Shown piece by piece: positions 1-12,723 of a stretch of DNA of 64,000 nucleotides. A model generated the notes under the pieces. It was not told the origin of the DNA and did no database searches. It saw only the letters and a list, made by a program, of their open reading frames with translations. The number at the start of each line of letters is the position of its first letter. The first letter of the stretch is position 1. The position numbers and the translations under genes were made by a program. Source of the stretch: Saccostrea cucullata (taxonomy: Eukaryota); assembly GCF_032062105.1 (NCBI RefSeq), contig NW_026939192.1:558001-622000 (forward strand), in the 5' to 3' direction.

Positions 1-112
1 ATATATTATTTATTTCATCTTATAGATTCAATTCCTGTATGTTTACTCAGAGTAAATAAAACACATGATCTTGTGTGTATTCACCTTTATTTTCAACTAC
101 TTTATATAACAG

Positions 113-825
113 GTAGAAGGAGTCAAACCAGAGACGCTGGCAAGTACGTAAATATACCTCATTAAGCTAATGACATTTCTGACAACTTATTATTTCATGA
201 CCTAGTGTATCCTTTGTGCAGTAGATATGAAGTAAAATAAATACGTTATGTCTTTGTGTTTCAGTGTTCAAAAATGCCTTTAGCCTGTTTGATAGGGACG
301 GGGAGGGTATCATGCTCACTAGGGAGCTAGGCCCCATAATGCGATCTATGGGATACAGCCCGACGGAAGAGGAGTTAGCGGACATGATTAATGAGGTGGA
401 CTCTGAAGGTACCAACAGACAACTATATATTAATAAATTAACTATAATGACCATTGAAAAAAAGATGTAAAGGTACATTGAATAAATGTTTAACCAGTAA
501 ATTCTTTACATTAATAACCTTGTCTATATTTGTCTACCTTTTGGTGTTTAAATGGTGGTAACCAGCAATAGAACACGTGGTCATTCACATTAGCAGAATT
601 ATACATTGGTTAACATCCTGATAAACACATAATAGTGCGTCTAATATTTAGATTATTCCTTACAGTTGTTACAATCTTGTTAAGAAGGAAAAATTGAAAT
701 TACATGTAATGTGACTAGCAACAAGATATTCATTCAATTTTATGTAAGGCTATATCAGCAATGTCCTTGAAATACTACCGGTAACTTAAAGTAATCTTTG
801 AAGAGTGAAAACGATTTTTACACAG

Positions 826-865
<40 letters not shown>

Positions 866-3474
866 AACAGCCCCCTTTGCTTCTATCATAACTTTAAATT
901 TTGTTTTTGTCTGTTTTAGGAGAAGGAATCATTGATTATGAATCTTTCCAGTTGTTAATGTCTAAATATGTAAAGACCATAGAAACTGTAGAGGAATTAA
1001 TGGAAGCGTTTTTAGTTTATGATCGAGAGAAGAAAGGCTATGTATCATCTGACGACCTCAGACAGGTTTTACAACAAGTGGGGGATAAACTTAGTACAGA
1101 AGAGATGGAGGAAATAATCAAGTCAGCGGAACACACAGAAGGTCAAATACATTATGAAGGTAAGAATAAAATGTATTTATAAGAGTCCAAGGTATCCGTT
1201 AAATGCAAAAAATATCGTTAATACATCAAGCGTTTTTTTTTAAATTTTGAACTTTAAAAAAAAATTACAATTTCATTTCAAACTTAAATTTTAAAAAAGT
1301 TTGAATATATTCTAATAAAACTAAAGATATTATAGAATTAAATGATATCAAAGGATTAAATAAATATTATAATAATTATTATATTAAAAATAAAAATGCT
1401 TGTACAGTTTTGTGGAAAATATCTAGAAAATTTTCTTAATTACTTACCTCCTTTCTGAATTATCAAAATGAAGAGAAACTCTTTGTTAAAAATCTTTTAT
1501 CAAATTGTTTTGAGAGTAGATATACAAACGTGAAAACTACAGCATACACGTATCAGTAGAAGACTCGGTATAGTTTTTATGATTTGGTATAGTATTTCTC
1601 TAGATTTGTTTGACCATTTTTGCTTCATTTCAATTAAACAAATTAATGAAACGCAGATCAAAAATCAAATTGGACAAAAGTTGTTTTCCCGACAGACTAA
1701 TTCTTTTTTCATGTTTAATTGACTTCAGCCTGTAACTATTGATCCCTGCTCAGATTTCAAGGAAAAAAATGCTTAGCCTGGATGAAGAGTAAAAAAATGG
1801 ATTCTAGAAGATTCTCAATAACCTCAAACAGCTTTTTCAGCACTGAAAAAGAATCTCAAATGACACAATCTATCAAGCTGTACTGCGAGTAGTTTTTATT
1901 TTTATAAAATACCCATTCTGTATAAATTTTGCTTGTCGACTTTGTAAAAAGGCAATACCTTAAAATATGAGTATTTTTACCCCGCAAGTATTCAAGCGTC
2001 GTGATCAGCTTTGTTTTATATATGCATCAATTTATGAAATAATGAAATATATGGCGATAATAAAGAAGATTCAAGCTCAAAAGTCCATAAAACAATACAG
2101 AATAGGAACAGAGCAAACACGGACCTCCAAAACATCAGAACGTGGGATCAGGTACCATGGAGGAGTGAATATCCCCTGCCGAACGGTCACATTCGGAGTG
2201 TGCTCGTTGTCATGATCGGTTAATAGCGGAAAAATCCGACGTCAATTCAGTGCATAAATAATGGTCTAACAATTAGTATGAAAAAACGTCAGTCAGGATT
2301 TGACTCAATGATAGATTGTAGTTGCTGACAAGGTTATTGAATTGACCATCGAACTTACGAAACGATGACTTGAAACAATTCACCTATAAGTTTACAAAAC
2401 TTTTATTATCAAGGTCATTTATTTATTACATATTTTTAAAATGAATATTTTGCTTTTGCATGAAGATCTATATGTATTCCTCAACAGACATAATTTTAAA
2501 AAAAAATCAGTTTGACTATTTTTTCAATACTAGTACATGTAAATATAAATAATTATATAGAAATATACATATAAATCTAAATACAAATGTAAACCCTTTC
2601 TTACCTGTGAAAATATTAAAATCAGTCAATTCGGTACGAGTCGTGAAACCGCCACATCATGAGCAGTGTTTCTAATTATGTGCCGACTTCTTGTATATTG
2701 AACTGCCCTCTAAAAACTATTTAAATTTGTTTGATTTACATCCAAAAGACAACAGATCACAATAGAGCAATCGACCACACTTCAGTGATAAAACAATTCC
2801 GACTGAAGTTATATAAGGTATGAACACTTACTTTCAATCGATTACATTTATATTCAGATTAGGTAAATAAGCCAGGAATTTTATTCAAAAAGGTTCTTAT
2901 TGTCTTATTGTTTTTTGTTATTATCCTTTCTCCGGCGTTTTATATCGATAAACGACTTTTCATTATAAGATTGATTTTTACAGTATTTTAATTCCATTTT
3001 ATTGGGATGCTATAAATACTCTATGATGTAGCTCATGTATGATTTTGATTAGGATTCCAAAAAATGCATCGTTCAAACTGCTTTCTCATCCACGATAAAA
3101 GCCGACAAGGAAAAATAGGTCAATCATTGGCACTGGATGCAGTTTTTAAAAGGCTATATTCAGTTTACTTTTGTTTCTCGAAATCCCATTAACCTGTCAA
3201 AAAAAATTCTTACCGAAAAGATTACAGTCGAATGAGAAGTTAGATTTAATTTGAATACACTATGTATAAATCATTTTTAATTTTATTAATAAAATAGGAC
3301 CGCATGAAACAACCATATTAAAATATTGAAGAAAAAAAAAAGAAAATCAGTGATGAGACTTGTCAAAATGTCATATATCAGGGAGAACAGAATTAATATC
3401 TGAGAGAATACTTCATCCTTTTACCTTGTACTTGTCTTTTTACAGATTTCATCAATTTGATGGCTCATACTTGA
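113..3474 (+). CDS. CaM-like gene 1 (highly divergent; ATG exon probably upstream of window). Exons 113-143, 265-408, 920-1159, 3446-3474 (alternative last exon candidate from 1754)
   Basis: 31/144/240/29-nt exons with GT-AG borders and CaM phases. Translation [25 protein letters not shown]...[17 protein letters not shown] loops [36 protein letters not shown] and a shortened [11 protein letters not shown]. Confidence 0.85.
830..861. repeat. (AG)n microsatellite in intron of CaM-like gene 1
   Basis: Direct reading of sequence. Confidence 0.95.
2060..2400 (-). mobile_element. Penelope-like (Naiad-type) retroelement 3' fragment
   Basis: Reverse complement matches 4680-4990 (RT C-terminus plus 3' UTR motif GGCAGGGGAT..CACTCCTCCATGG.ACCTGATCCCAC). 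Confidence 0.8.
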
Positions 3475-3712
3475 CGTTATGTGAATTCAATTTGCTATTT
3501 GAGAAGCCCAAGACAGACAAAAAAGCAACACGATGCAAAGTTTGAAGCAGTATTTGATTCGACAAGAAGCTACTCACAGACTGCTATTATTGCTTCAATG
3601 GTTATAAGCAAGTGTTTTTGAATTTTTGATAAAAGAATACCCTGTTGTTGTTTGTTTGTATTGTTGTTGTTTTTCAAACAACTGTATTTATAAACAGAAT
3701 ATTTTTAAATAA

Positions 3713-4990
3713 GCTTCAACCAAGCCTCTTTCGTTACTCTTCACTAAGATATTGACAGTAGTGAAGGAAAAACTTCAAGAGTACTGTGCAACTATATATT
3801 CAAGAAGTGGTGTGAATCAGATGTGGATACTAAAAAATTCTAAAGAACTCTTGGACAATCTGAAATCATAAGACTTTACAAAAATCAACAGCTTAAAAAC
3901 TTACGACTTTTCAACTTTATACACAACAATTCCCCACGACAAATTAAAATTCAGGCTTTTTGATATCATTGACAGCTGCTTCTTCAAAAAAAAATGGAAC
4001 TCGTAAATTTACTTATCTCGTCATTGGTCATTTGCAAAATTATTTTGTTAAAACAGATTCTGATTGCACACAAAGGTACTCTGAAGTTGACATAAAGAAG
4101 ATGCTTGAGTTTCTGATTGACAATATCTCTGTGCTTTTTGGAGACCAGGTATTCCAACAATCTATTGGAATTTCCATGGGTACAAACTGCGCTCCGTTAT
4201 TAGCAGACTTATTTTTATATTCATATAAAGCAGATTTTATGCAAAATCTTATGCGTGGAAAGAAGAAAACACTTGCTGTGGCCTTCAACTCGACATTTAG
4301 ATATATCGACGACGTATTGTCAATTAACAATGGTAATTTCCATTCCTACGTCGATACGATATATCCTGGTGAGCTTGAGGTAGAAGATACCACAGAGTCT
4401 GACACTTCTGTTTCATGCTTGGATATTTTACTTGAAAAAGACGCTAATGGTAATCTAACAACCAAACTATATGATAAACATGATGACTTTAACTTTTCTA
4501 TCGTCAACTTCCCGTACTTATGCAGCAATATACCTTCATCACCTGCATACGAAGTATATATATCTCAATTGATTCGATACGCAAGAGCATGCTCTACGTA
4601 TGAACAATTTCTGAAACGAGGTAAATTATTGAAAGCAAGTTGATGAAACAAGAATATCAGCAGTCTCGTTTAAAGTCATTATGTCGTAAGTTCTATGGTC
4701 GATACAATGACCTTGTCAGCAAACACAATTTATCATTGAGTCAAATGCTGACTGACGGGTTTCATACAAATTGTTAGTCCATTATTTATACACTGAATTG
4801 ACGACGGATTTTTTCTGTTATTTCCTGATCATGACAAGGAGCACAAGGCGGGTGTGACCGGTTGGCAGGGGATGCTCACTCCTCCATGGCACCTGATCCC
4901 ACCTCTGATGTTTCGGGGGTCCGTGTTTGCTCTGCTCTTAATTTGTATTGTTTTATGGACTTTGAGATTGAATACTGTTCGTTATCTATA
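3713..4990 (+). mobile_element. 5'-truncated Penelope-like retroelement (Naiad-type), RT pseudogene with 3' UTR
   Basis: Frame pieces give STKPLS..YSRSGVNQMWILKNS..TYDFSTLYTTIPH, QSIGISMGTNCAPLLADLFLY, FRYIDDVL and YISQLIRYAR. There is one in-frame stop and frameshifts. RT ends near 4777 with no C-terminal GIY-YIG, which fits the N-terminal-endonuclease (Naiad) layout. Confidence 0.85.
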
Positions 4991-5574
4991 TAAAAATTAT
5001 TCTTCGTATTATTTAAAACTCAGTAACACTTAAAAATTAATAACATATTATTCAAATAAAAAAAAATCATTCTATACACAATGCCAATGCAATAAAAAAA
5101 TGTAAAAAGACGGGAAAAATCATGCTTAATTTTTGTACAGAACAAAATTACATTTGAAAATAATTTTATCAGACATTCTGTCGATATGTTCGGCTGTCTC
5201 GCATGCATTATATCTCGACAACGATTTGATATATTTTGCTTGTCACGCTGATTTCTGTAAAATACCTGGTTATGGGCACAATAACCATGACCTTTAGCCT
5301 AATTTTCATGATAATAGAATTAAGTGCAAATATATTAAGCATATTTGATACATTGAAGAATTAGTTTTATGCTATTCAGCATGTTCACTAGGTGTCAAAA
5401 ATTAAAATAAAAAAAGAGCATTAGAGTAAAATTAACCTTGACATTTGACCTACTTTGCAAAATAAATTGATTTCAGGGTTTTTCAAGTTACTTTAGCATT
5501 TATAAAATGTTTCTGACCTCATGACGCAGTTTTTGAATCAGTATGACAAAATATAGAGAAAACAAAGTATAAAT

Positions 5575-7440
5575 GTTTAAAAGTCCATTTTAAAATACAG
5601 TTCAGGAGCAGAAGAAACACGGACCTCAAATTCCTTAGAGATGGGGTCAGTTGCCATGGAGGAATGAGCATCCCCTGCTGACCGGTTATATGTGCCGTGT
5701 GCTCCTGATATAAAAATCCGTAAGCAATTCAGTGTGTAAATAATAGTCTAACAATGAATATGAAAAACGACAATCAGCATAAGTCATTCGACTTAAGGAC
5801 AAATTTTATTTATTGTCAAGCTCATTGTACCGACTTCAGAAGTTCATGTTCTTTGTTATAAGTGTAAGACTCCAAAGTGCGATGGGACTCTAAAGTCCAA
5901 TGGTCACCCCGAAGTCTGATGGGCTGCGATAAACCCCGATGGTTTTACACGCCAAAGTCTGATGGTGCGGAAAACCATGTTTTTGACGTCATAGTACTAC
6001 TGTGCAAACTGCAATGGAGCGCCAGACAAAGGTCTTTTAGAATAAATAAATATTTTGCAAAAACTGACCCTAATCTATCGGGTATGTAATCCTAATAATA
6101 ACTAATCCTAAATTCACTCGAAAAGCGTGTAACAACTATAACTTAGATATCTTGAGTGGGTGCGAGATCAACCCTAATAAACTCGACCAGTGCACGGGGA
6201 CTAATCCTAAACAACTCAAGTTGGTGCAAAGCAATAACTAACCCAAAACAATCGAGTGGTGGGCGAGGACTAATCCTAATACCTCTGAAAGGGGCAAGCA
6301 ATAAGCAAAATCAATAAAACTGTTTGCGAGGACGAATTCAGAAATGATGGCTTTTGAATGCAGGTCAACGGCGTCAAAGATTGATGTCGGATTATTGTGA
6401 CGTCATAATCGTGATTGTTTCTCCGCACCATCGGACCTTGGAGTGTCAGATCATTGCAATTTAGCGCAGCTCGTCTCACAGGAAACGAGCCATCGACTTT
6501 GGCGTGGCCATCGCACTTTGTCCGTACCGATAACAAACCATCGGAGTTTGGCGCAGACCATCGGGGTTTGGCAATACCATAAGACTGTCACCATCGGACT
6601 TTGGAGTCTTACATATGTATATACATGTAGTCTGACTATAAATAAAATTTACTTTCTTACTTACTAGAGCCTGCAAAGTGATGGCTTTAAAAGAGAAAGT
6701 TGACATCTTTGTTTTGTCAAAATGTTCTCTTGCCTCATTGAAGAAATTTGTCGTACATAGAGCATGCTATTGCTTATCGAATTAGGGGACTTAAACCTCA
6801 CATATATATGGTAAGGGTATGTTATTACACATTTTAAGGAAATTGAGGGTTGAAAAGCTGAAGTCAACACGTTTATCAGAAAGTTTTGTTTTCAAGATAC
6901 CATATAAGTCTTTTCTAGTAACAAATCCAAATATGAACAGATATGCCAGACTCTGTGTTAACAAGTTCACTGGAATATATTGTGTGAACATATGAATGTG
7001 AATGGATGTTAATAATCATTAATTGATAATATGTTGACGATACATCTGTATGTCGAGTTAAAGGCAACAGCGAGTGTTTACTGAGTATTTCTTCCCTTGT
7101 TTAAAATTTTGAATGAACTCTATATTTCATTTGAATAGAAAAGTTAGTCTGCTAATAAAGGGACGCAATTGGTACTTATGGAATTTGGTTGACAGGTTTT
7201 TAGAATTTAGACCTGGTTTCCAAAACTACAAAGATATTTTCAATCAGAAACTTAAGTATCTCTTTTTAAACATCTTTTTAATATTAACTTCAGAGTACTT
7301 ATGTGTAGAATCAGATTTTTTAACCATGTAATTTTGCAAATGACCAATGACGAGCAGTGTAAATTAACGAGTTCCATTTTTTTAATTGAAAAAGAAGCTG
7401 ATAGCATGGACTTTAATTTATCGAAGGGAATGGTTGAAAT
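5575..7440 (-). mobile_element. Degenerate Naiad-type copy, tail-to-tail with 3713-4990 and interrupted by the TIR element at 5863-6613
   Basis: 5575-5850 is the reverse complement of the 3' UTR/RT end. 6670-7440 is the reverse complement of RT (..LAVAFNST..). The two parts are collinear across the insertion. Confidence 0.7.
5863..6613. mobile_element. Non-autonomous TIR element with TGT...ACA ends (Ginger-like by termini)
   Basis: TIR TGTAAGACTCCAAAGT(G/C)CGATGG at 5863-5885 and 6591-6613 (22/23). Repeated subterminal AAAGTCYGATGG units inverted on both arms; second inverted repeat 5952-5993/6396-6441; internal ~40-bp degenerate repeats; flanks TAAG/TATG. Confidence 0.8.
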
Positions 7441-8019
7441 GTGAAAATGATTTTTGTAATATTTTTATTGTAACATGTTGAATAATTATATTCTAAAAGC
7501 TTCAATTTCATAACTCTTTTTAGCTAAAAGTTAGGGAATCCTATTTCTATTTAATCAATTTTACTATCAATGGGCGTTTTTTTTATATAGTTAACATATT
7601 CTAAAACGTTAACCCCTTAGTAAAAATTGAATTATTTAAGAAAATCTGTTAAGAATGTGTTTCAAAGTGTGAACCAATTTCACTATTCCGTTCAATTAGG
7701 AAAGCAAAATATTCTATTATCCCCTAAGGGACTGTTCCGGCAAACCTGTATTCTTTTAGATTACCATTTCTATGACTTGAAACTAAAATCCCTAACATCT
7801 TAATGGACAGGGAATTTATGCAATTTTTTTTTATATTTTACTGAGAAACGTACCAAATATCACTCCTTAAGGGAAACACACGTTATTGAATTTATTTTAT
7901 TCTGACAAGAACTAGAACTTGCAAATCTAATAGTGTATCTTATCTCTCTCAATTTAGCTGATTGTCTGTTGACAACAATTTGACCTATATTAAAAAAAAG
8001 ATAATTTCAATGATACATC

Positions 8020-9614
8020 ATGTCGGAAACGTACACAAACTTTAAAGAAAACGGCAAAAAGATCATTGCCGTGTGCAGAAACTATAGGTAAGTCATCAGA
8101 ATTCGAGGCATTGTAGTTCTTATAAATAAAATTTCTGATTGTCAATTTGATAACAATATGATGATTCCCGAGTGTAAAATAAGTATGAATCTTGATATTA
8201 TTTGTATTTACATTGAATTTTATCTTATTCTCAAACAGAATTTTAAAAAAATTAAGAAACATTTTTGTCAGGTCTTCCTTTTGATCATATACCTGTGTCT
8301 GTAATTATGTCACTTTAGGTATCCGAAGACTATTTTTTAAATTTATTCTTTATTTTTAAAGTTTCTTTATTTTAGAGGCTTGACTGCGGCACAGGGAATA
8401 CCCAACCCAGAAAAACCAATCCTGTTTATGAAACCAACAAGCGCCTACATATCCGAGGGTCAGAATATTAAGGTAGTCGGGTCAGCTGTAAACTTAATAA
8501 ACATTTCAATGTCAGATGATAGAAACGCTTTTTGGCTTCATGTTTGTGAAATTTCGATTGAATACAATGACTTTATAGACCTTGCCTATACGATGCAACT
8601 TGGACATGTTAACCTAGCTCCTTTATCCAATACATAAAATAATATCAATCACTATGTAATTTTCAAAAAAAAAATCTCCATTTTTTTTTTACAATCTCTC
8701 TCTCTCTCTCTCTCTCCAAATACTATTTTACACAAAGACACAACAAACAGCAACTTACCTCGTATGTTTTCTTCCACGTCTTTAAATTTTGATTTCCATT
8801 CTACAGCCTTCATTCTGAAAATTATTGAAACATATTGTATATTCCTGTTTATACAGTGCACATGTCAGATGTTATCTGTATTTGCATTTGTCAAGAATAA
8901 GGCTGCAACGATGGATTAAGTCAATATACGGTCTCAAACCTCGATATCTTCAAACAATTGGTAAGCTGATGATGAGGAAGCAATTAGGAATGTGATGTTC
9001 TTCTAACATTTTTATTGACACGCGACATTTTCTCATTGCCATAATCTTTATAAATACATGTTGATAAAAAAAAATTCGAGGACTCCATTAAAAACTTTAA
9101 CTTTTCAACTCTTTTTTTCCAGATACCTGTTGGATGTAAATTGTTGTATCATGAAGTGGAGTTGGGGATTGTCATCAGGAAAAGGTGTAAAAAGATTTCA
9201 CCATCTGAAGCTGATGATTTCATTGGCGGGTTCCTACTGGCCCTTGACATGACTGCAAAAGATTTTCACATCGAGGCCAAAGAAAAATCCAGACCATGGT
9301 TTCTTTGCAAAGGATTTGACACTTCCTGTCCTGTAAGCAATTTCGTTTCCAAGGACCAGATTCCAGATTACAGTGATGTAGGCCTGTGGCTGAAAGTTGA
9401 CGGTGTTATGAAGCAAGATAGCAGTACCTCGGATATGATTTTTTCCATCCCGAAAATAATATCTTACGTCAGTGAGTACTTCACACTGGAGTCTGGTGAC
9501 GTCATATTAACAGGTACTCCGGCAGGATCTGGACCTGTGTATGCAGGTCAATCAATAGAATGTGGAATTGCTGATATAGTGTCTATGAAGTTTTCTGTTG
9601 TCGATACAATCTGA
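8020..9614 (+). CDS. FAHD1: FAH-domain protein, FAHD1-like (acylpyruvase/oxaloacetate decarboxylase family), 218 aa. Exons 8020-8087, 8376-8472, 9123-9614
   Basis: GKKIIAVCRNY, PILFMKPTSAY, HEVELG, LALDMTAKD, PWFLCKGFDTSCPVS, MIFSIP and GDVILTGTP motifs. GT-AG introns join in frame (657 nt). Confidence 0.9.
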
Positions 9615-10470
9615 ATTAAAAAAAAAAATAAAAATATGATTTTGAGAATCATTTTATTCTTTTTCACATGTTGACTGACATGTTTGTTACCATCTGTTTT
9701 ACATGCATTTATATAAAGATACATAAAGACTTTCAATCACTTTTTGAAATATTTCGACCGTGTAACCGGGTTCATCAGTCATGTCAGACTCTCACAACGA
9801 GTTATTTTACACACATTTCAAACCTTTTTAATGCGATATTGAAAATATTTAAAACCCAATTTCAGTTGAAACGGTGCATGGGAGGTTATCAAAGTTGCTT
9901 ATTTTTTATGACTTTGAATCAACATTAATGTCATGTCAAATGTAATTCTAAAAGATTAATTAAAGCACTCTATTATGAAACTTCCGTCATTTTGAAATAA
10001 TTATTGTCTATGACACTTTACTTCCATTCACACAAAACTGAATTAATTTGAAAAGAACAACCGTTTCCGTAAATGAAAGTCCTTTAATTCCTCTCCCAGA
10101 TTATCCAATTTTACCTGCTTTATTAAAAATTGCTCTGGCCTTACATACAGGGGAAATCTATATCGGAAAATCAATGAGAAGTAGACATCCGCGTTATAAT
10201 GAAAGGACGTGAAAGAATCGTGAGAATGAAAGAAGAATTAGAGATCTTTATGTCAATAAACAGAGGAGGAATCTAGTGTAGGTCTCGTATATTTAAAGAG
10301 AAGTTGAAGAGAGACGATCTGTTATAATAATATGAATTATATTTCAGTAAGTGTTATTACCATATTAAGCACGTGACAAGTGTCTGCTTAACAGGTATCT
10401 CCGCTCTTCATAATGCATTTCTGTAAACACCACTAGGTCCTGGAATCTAGAGACGAGGGTCCTACTCATA

Positions 10471-11921
10471 ATGGTAAGTTAAATTTTATTTACCTTCCCT
10501 CGTTGATATTTTTTATTTTGTTGCTTCAATTTCTACCTAGAGAAAAAAACATAAAAAATTGTTAAATTTATTCCTTTTTCAAATTATTGGTAAGTTACTT
10601 CTGAAACTGAATCTGAGTGCAAAATTCAAATATAGATGATGAAAGCATTTTCTGCAGTTTTATTAAAAGATAAATTATCCATTCTCTGAAAAGCACATAT
10701 TGTCTTACCAAAATGTTGCAAAGAAGAGATTATTTCTAAGGTTGTTTCTGGCCATGAATCTTGTTAACTTCTTTGTGAAACTGGTTGTCTTTACGGCAAG
10801 TGTACTGGAAATTTTGATCGCAACGTGTATACCTTGTTAATGTCAATACACTTTTTCAACACACATTTCACTTAGCATTCATCCTATCGTCAGGGTAAAG
10901 TGAAGAAAAGTTTTTAAAATTAATTGATGAAGAAGAATAAAAAAGATAATCAGAATAACAATGAAATGATGAGTCAGACGTTAAGAGACTAGAAGCCAAA
11001 TTCTCGGGATAAATTAAGAATTGGTATACTTTAGATATACCTGATCAGTACATGGGCTCATATAAGTGTGAAGGTTCGTTAGATGATACCTTCTTCTCCG
11101 AGGGTACCTGACACCCGCTCTGAAATTTTTAGGGTTCCATGTTAAGTATATATGTCTTGTTAATATATTTTATTTTATATTTCTTTTCTTTATTTCGTAT
11201 GTGGAACATGTCTATGTATCAAGTAAAGTTTGGAGTGTTTTCTATTTCTTGTAAGAGCAGTTTGCGCAAAAGATAAAAAAGATGTCTAAAATTAAAAATA
11301 TTTTACTGAAACTGTTATACATTAATAAATAAATGTCTTAACTCACTGATTATTGTCGATTTTAAGGCCAGCGAGCTATCAGAAGAGCAGATTAAAGGTA
11401 AGTAAAAATGTCAATAATGTCTACACTTCTTAAAGCACTTTCAAAAATGAAACCTAAACCGGAATTGCTATAAGCAAAGTTCCATTAAAAAGATCGTTGT
11501 TTTTTTTTTTCAATGACTCAAGAAATTAAAGCAAAATTTTAAATTTATTTTCATACTGAGTTAAGTTCCACTCAAATAAATTGTTTTAAAAACTATAATT
11601 GATTTTTTTTTTTTAGAATTTCGAGTGGCTTTCAGTCTCTTCGACAAAGATAACGATGGCAGTATTAATACGAAGGAGCTAGGTATAGTAATGAGGTCAC
11701 TGGGTCAGAATCCGTCAGTCACAGAGCTCAGAGCAATGGTGGACGAAGTAGATCTGGACGGTACTTGTTAAAATTCCACCACTTTACTGTCACAATTTTA
11801 AATTGTTGCAGAAATTGCCAGTGACTGTTAAAATGCTAAATTTAATATGTAAGAAATTGAAAATTTAAAAAAAAAGATTTTTCATGGTTACATAAACCGT
11901 ATTTTTAGCTCACCTGAGCCA

Positions 11922-11953
<32 letters not shown>

Positions 11954-12052
11954 GTCCGTTGTCTGTCGTTGTCGTCGTTGTCGTTGTTGTCGTCGTCGTT
12001 GTCGTCGTTGTCGGCGTTGTCGTTGTAAACTTTTCACATTTTCGTCTTCTTC

Positions 12053-12089
<37 letters not shown>

Positions 12090-12524
12090 TAAAGTATCCT
12101 TATGTGAAGGGGATTCAGGTTTGTACAAATGAAGGGCCACACCCTTTTCCAAGGGGAGATAATCATGAATTTGTTAAAAATTAATGGCATTTTTAAAAAA
12201 TCTTCTTCTCCAGAACCGCTGGGCCAGGAAAGATGAAACTCATGTGTAAGCATCCTCAGGTAGTGTAGATTCAAGTTTGTTCAAATCATGACCCCCGGGG
12301 CAAGGGTGGGGCCAAAATGGCCGACCCAAGTTTTACATAGGAATATATAGGAAAAATCTTTAAAAATCTTCTTCTCCAGAACCACTGGCCCAGGAAAGAT
12401 GAAACTCATGTGAAATCAACCTCAGGTAGTGTAGATTCAAGTTTGTTCAAATCATGACCCCCGGGGCAAGGGTGGGGCCAAAATGGCCGACCAAAGTTTT
12501 ACATAGGAATATATAGGAAAAATC

Positions 12525-12558
<34 letters not shown>

Positions 12559-12689
12559 GGAAAGATGAAACTCATGTGGAATCATCCTCAGCTAGTGTAG
12601 ATTCAAGTTTGTTCAAATCATGACCCCCGGGGCAAGGGTGCGGCCAAAATGGCCACCAAAATTTTACATAGGAATATATAGGAAAAATC

Positions 12690-12723
<34 letters not shown>

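Noticed and set aside
1604-1650. Third possible last exon for gene 1 (TAG|ATTTGTTTGAC)
   Set aside because: Translation [12 protein letters not shown] does not resemble the EF4 exit helix and has no stop at the expected distance.
3713-4777. Selenocysteine-recoded Naiad ORF or canonical hammerhead ribozyme
   Set aside because: Interruptions are a TAA and frameshifts rather than in-frame TGA at Cys positions; no CTGATGA...GAAA core found by eye in the 3' UTR.
6090-6280. ~40-bp spaced ACTAATCCTAA repeats resembling a CRISPR array (also 53620-53805)
   Set aside because: Units are degenerate tandem copies without unique spacers, the context is eukaryotic and there are no cas genes.
11910-12274. 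ORFs with poly-Thr (80 aa) and neighbour (66 aa)
   Set aside because: Translation of the HINE microsatellite and satellite.
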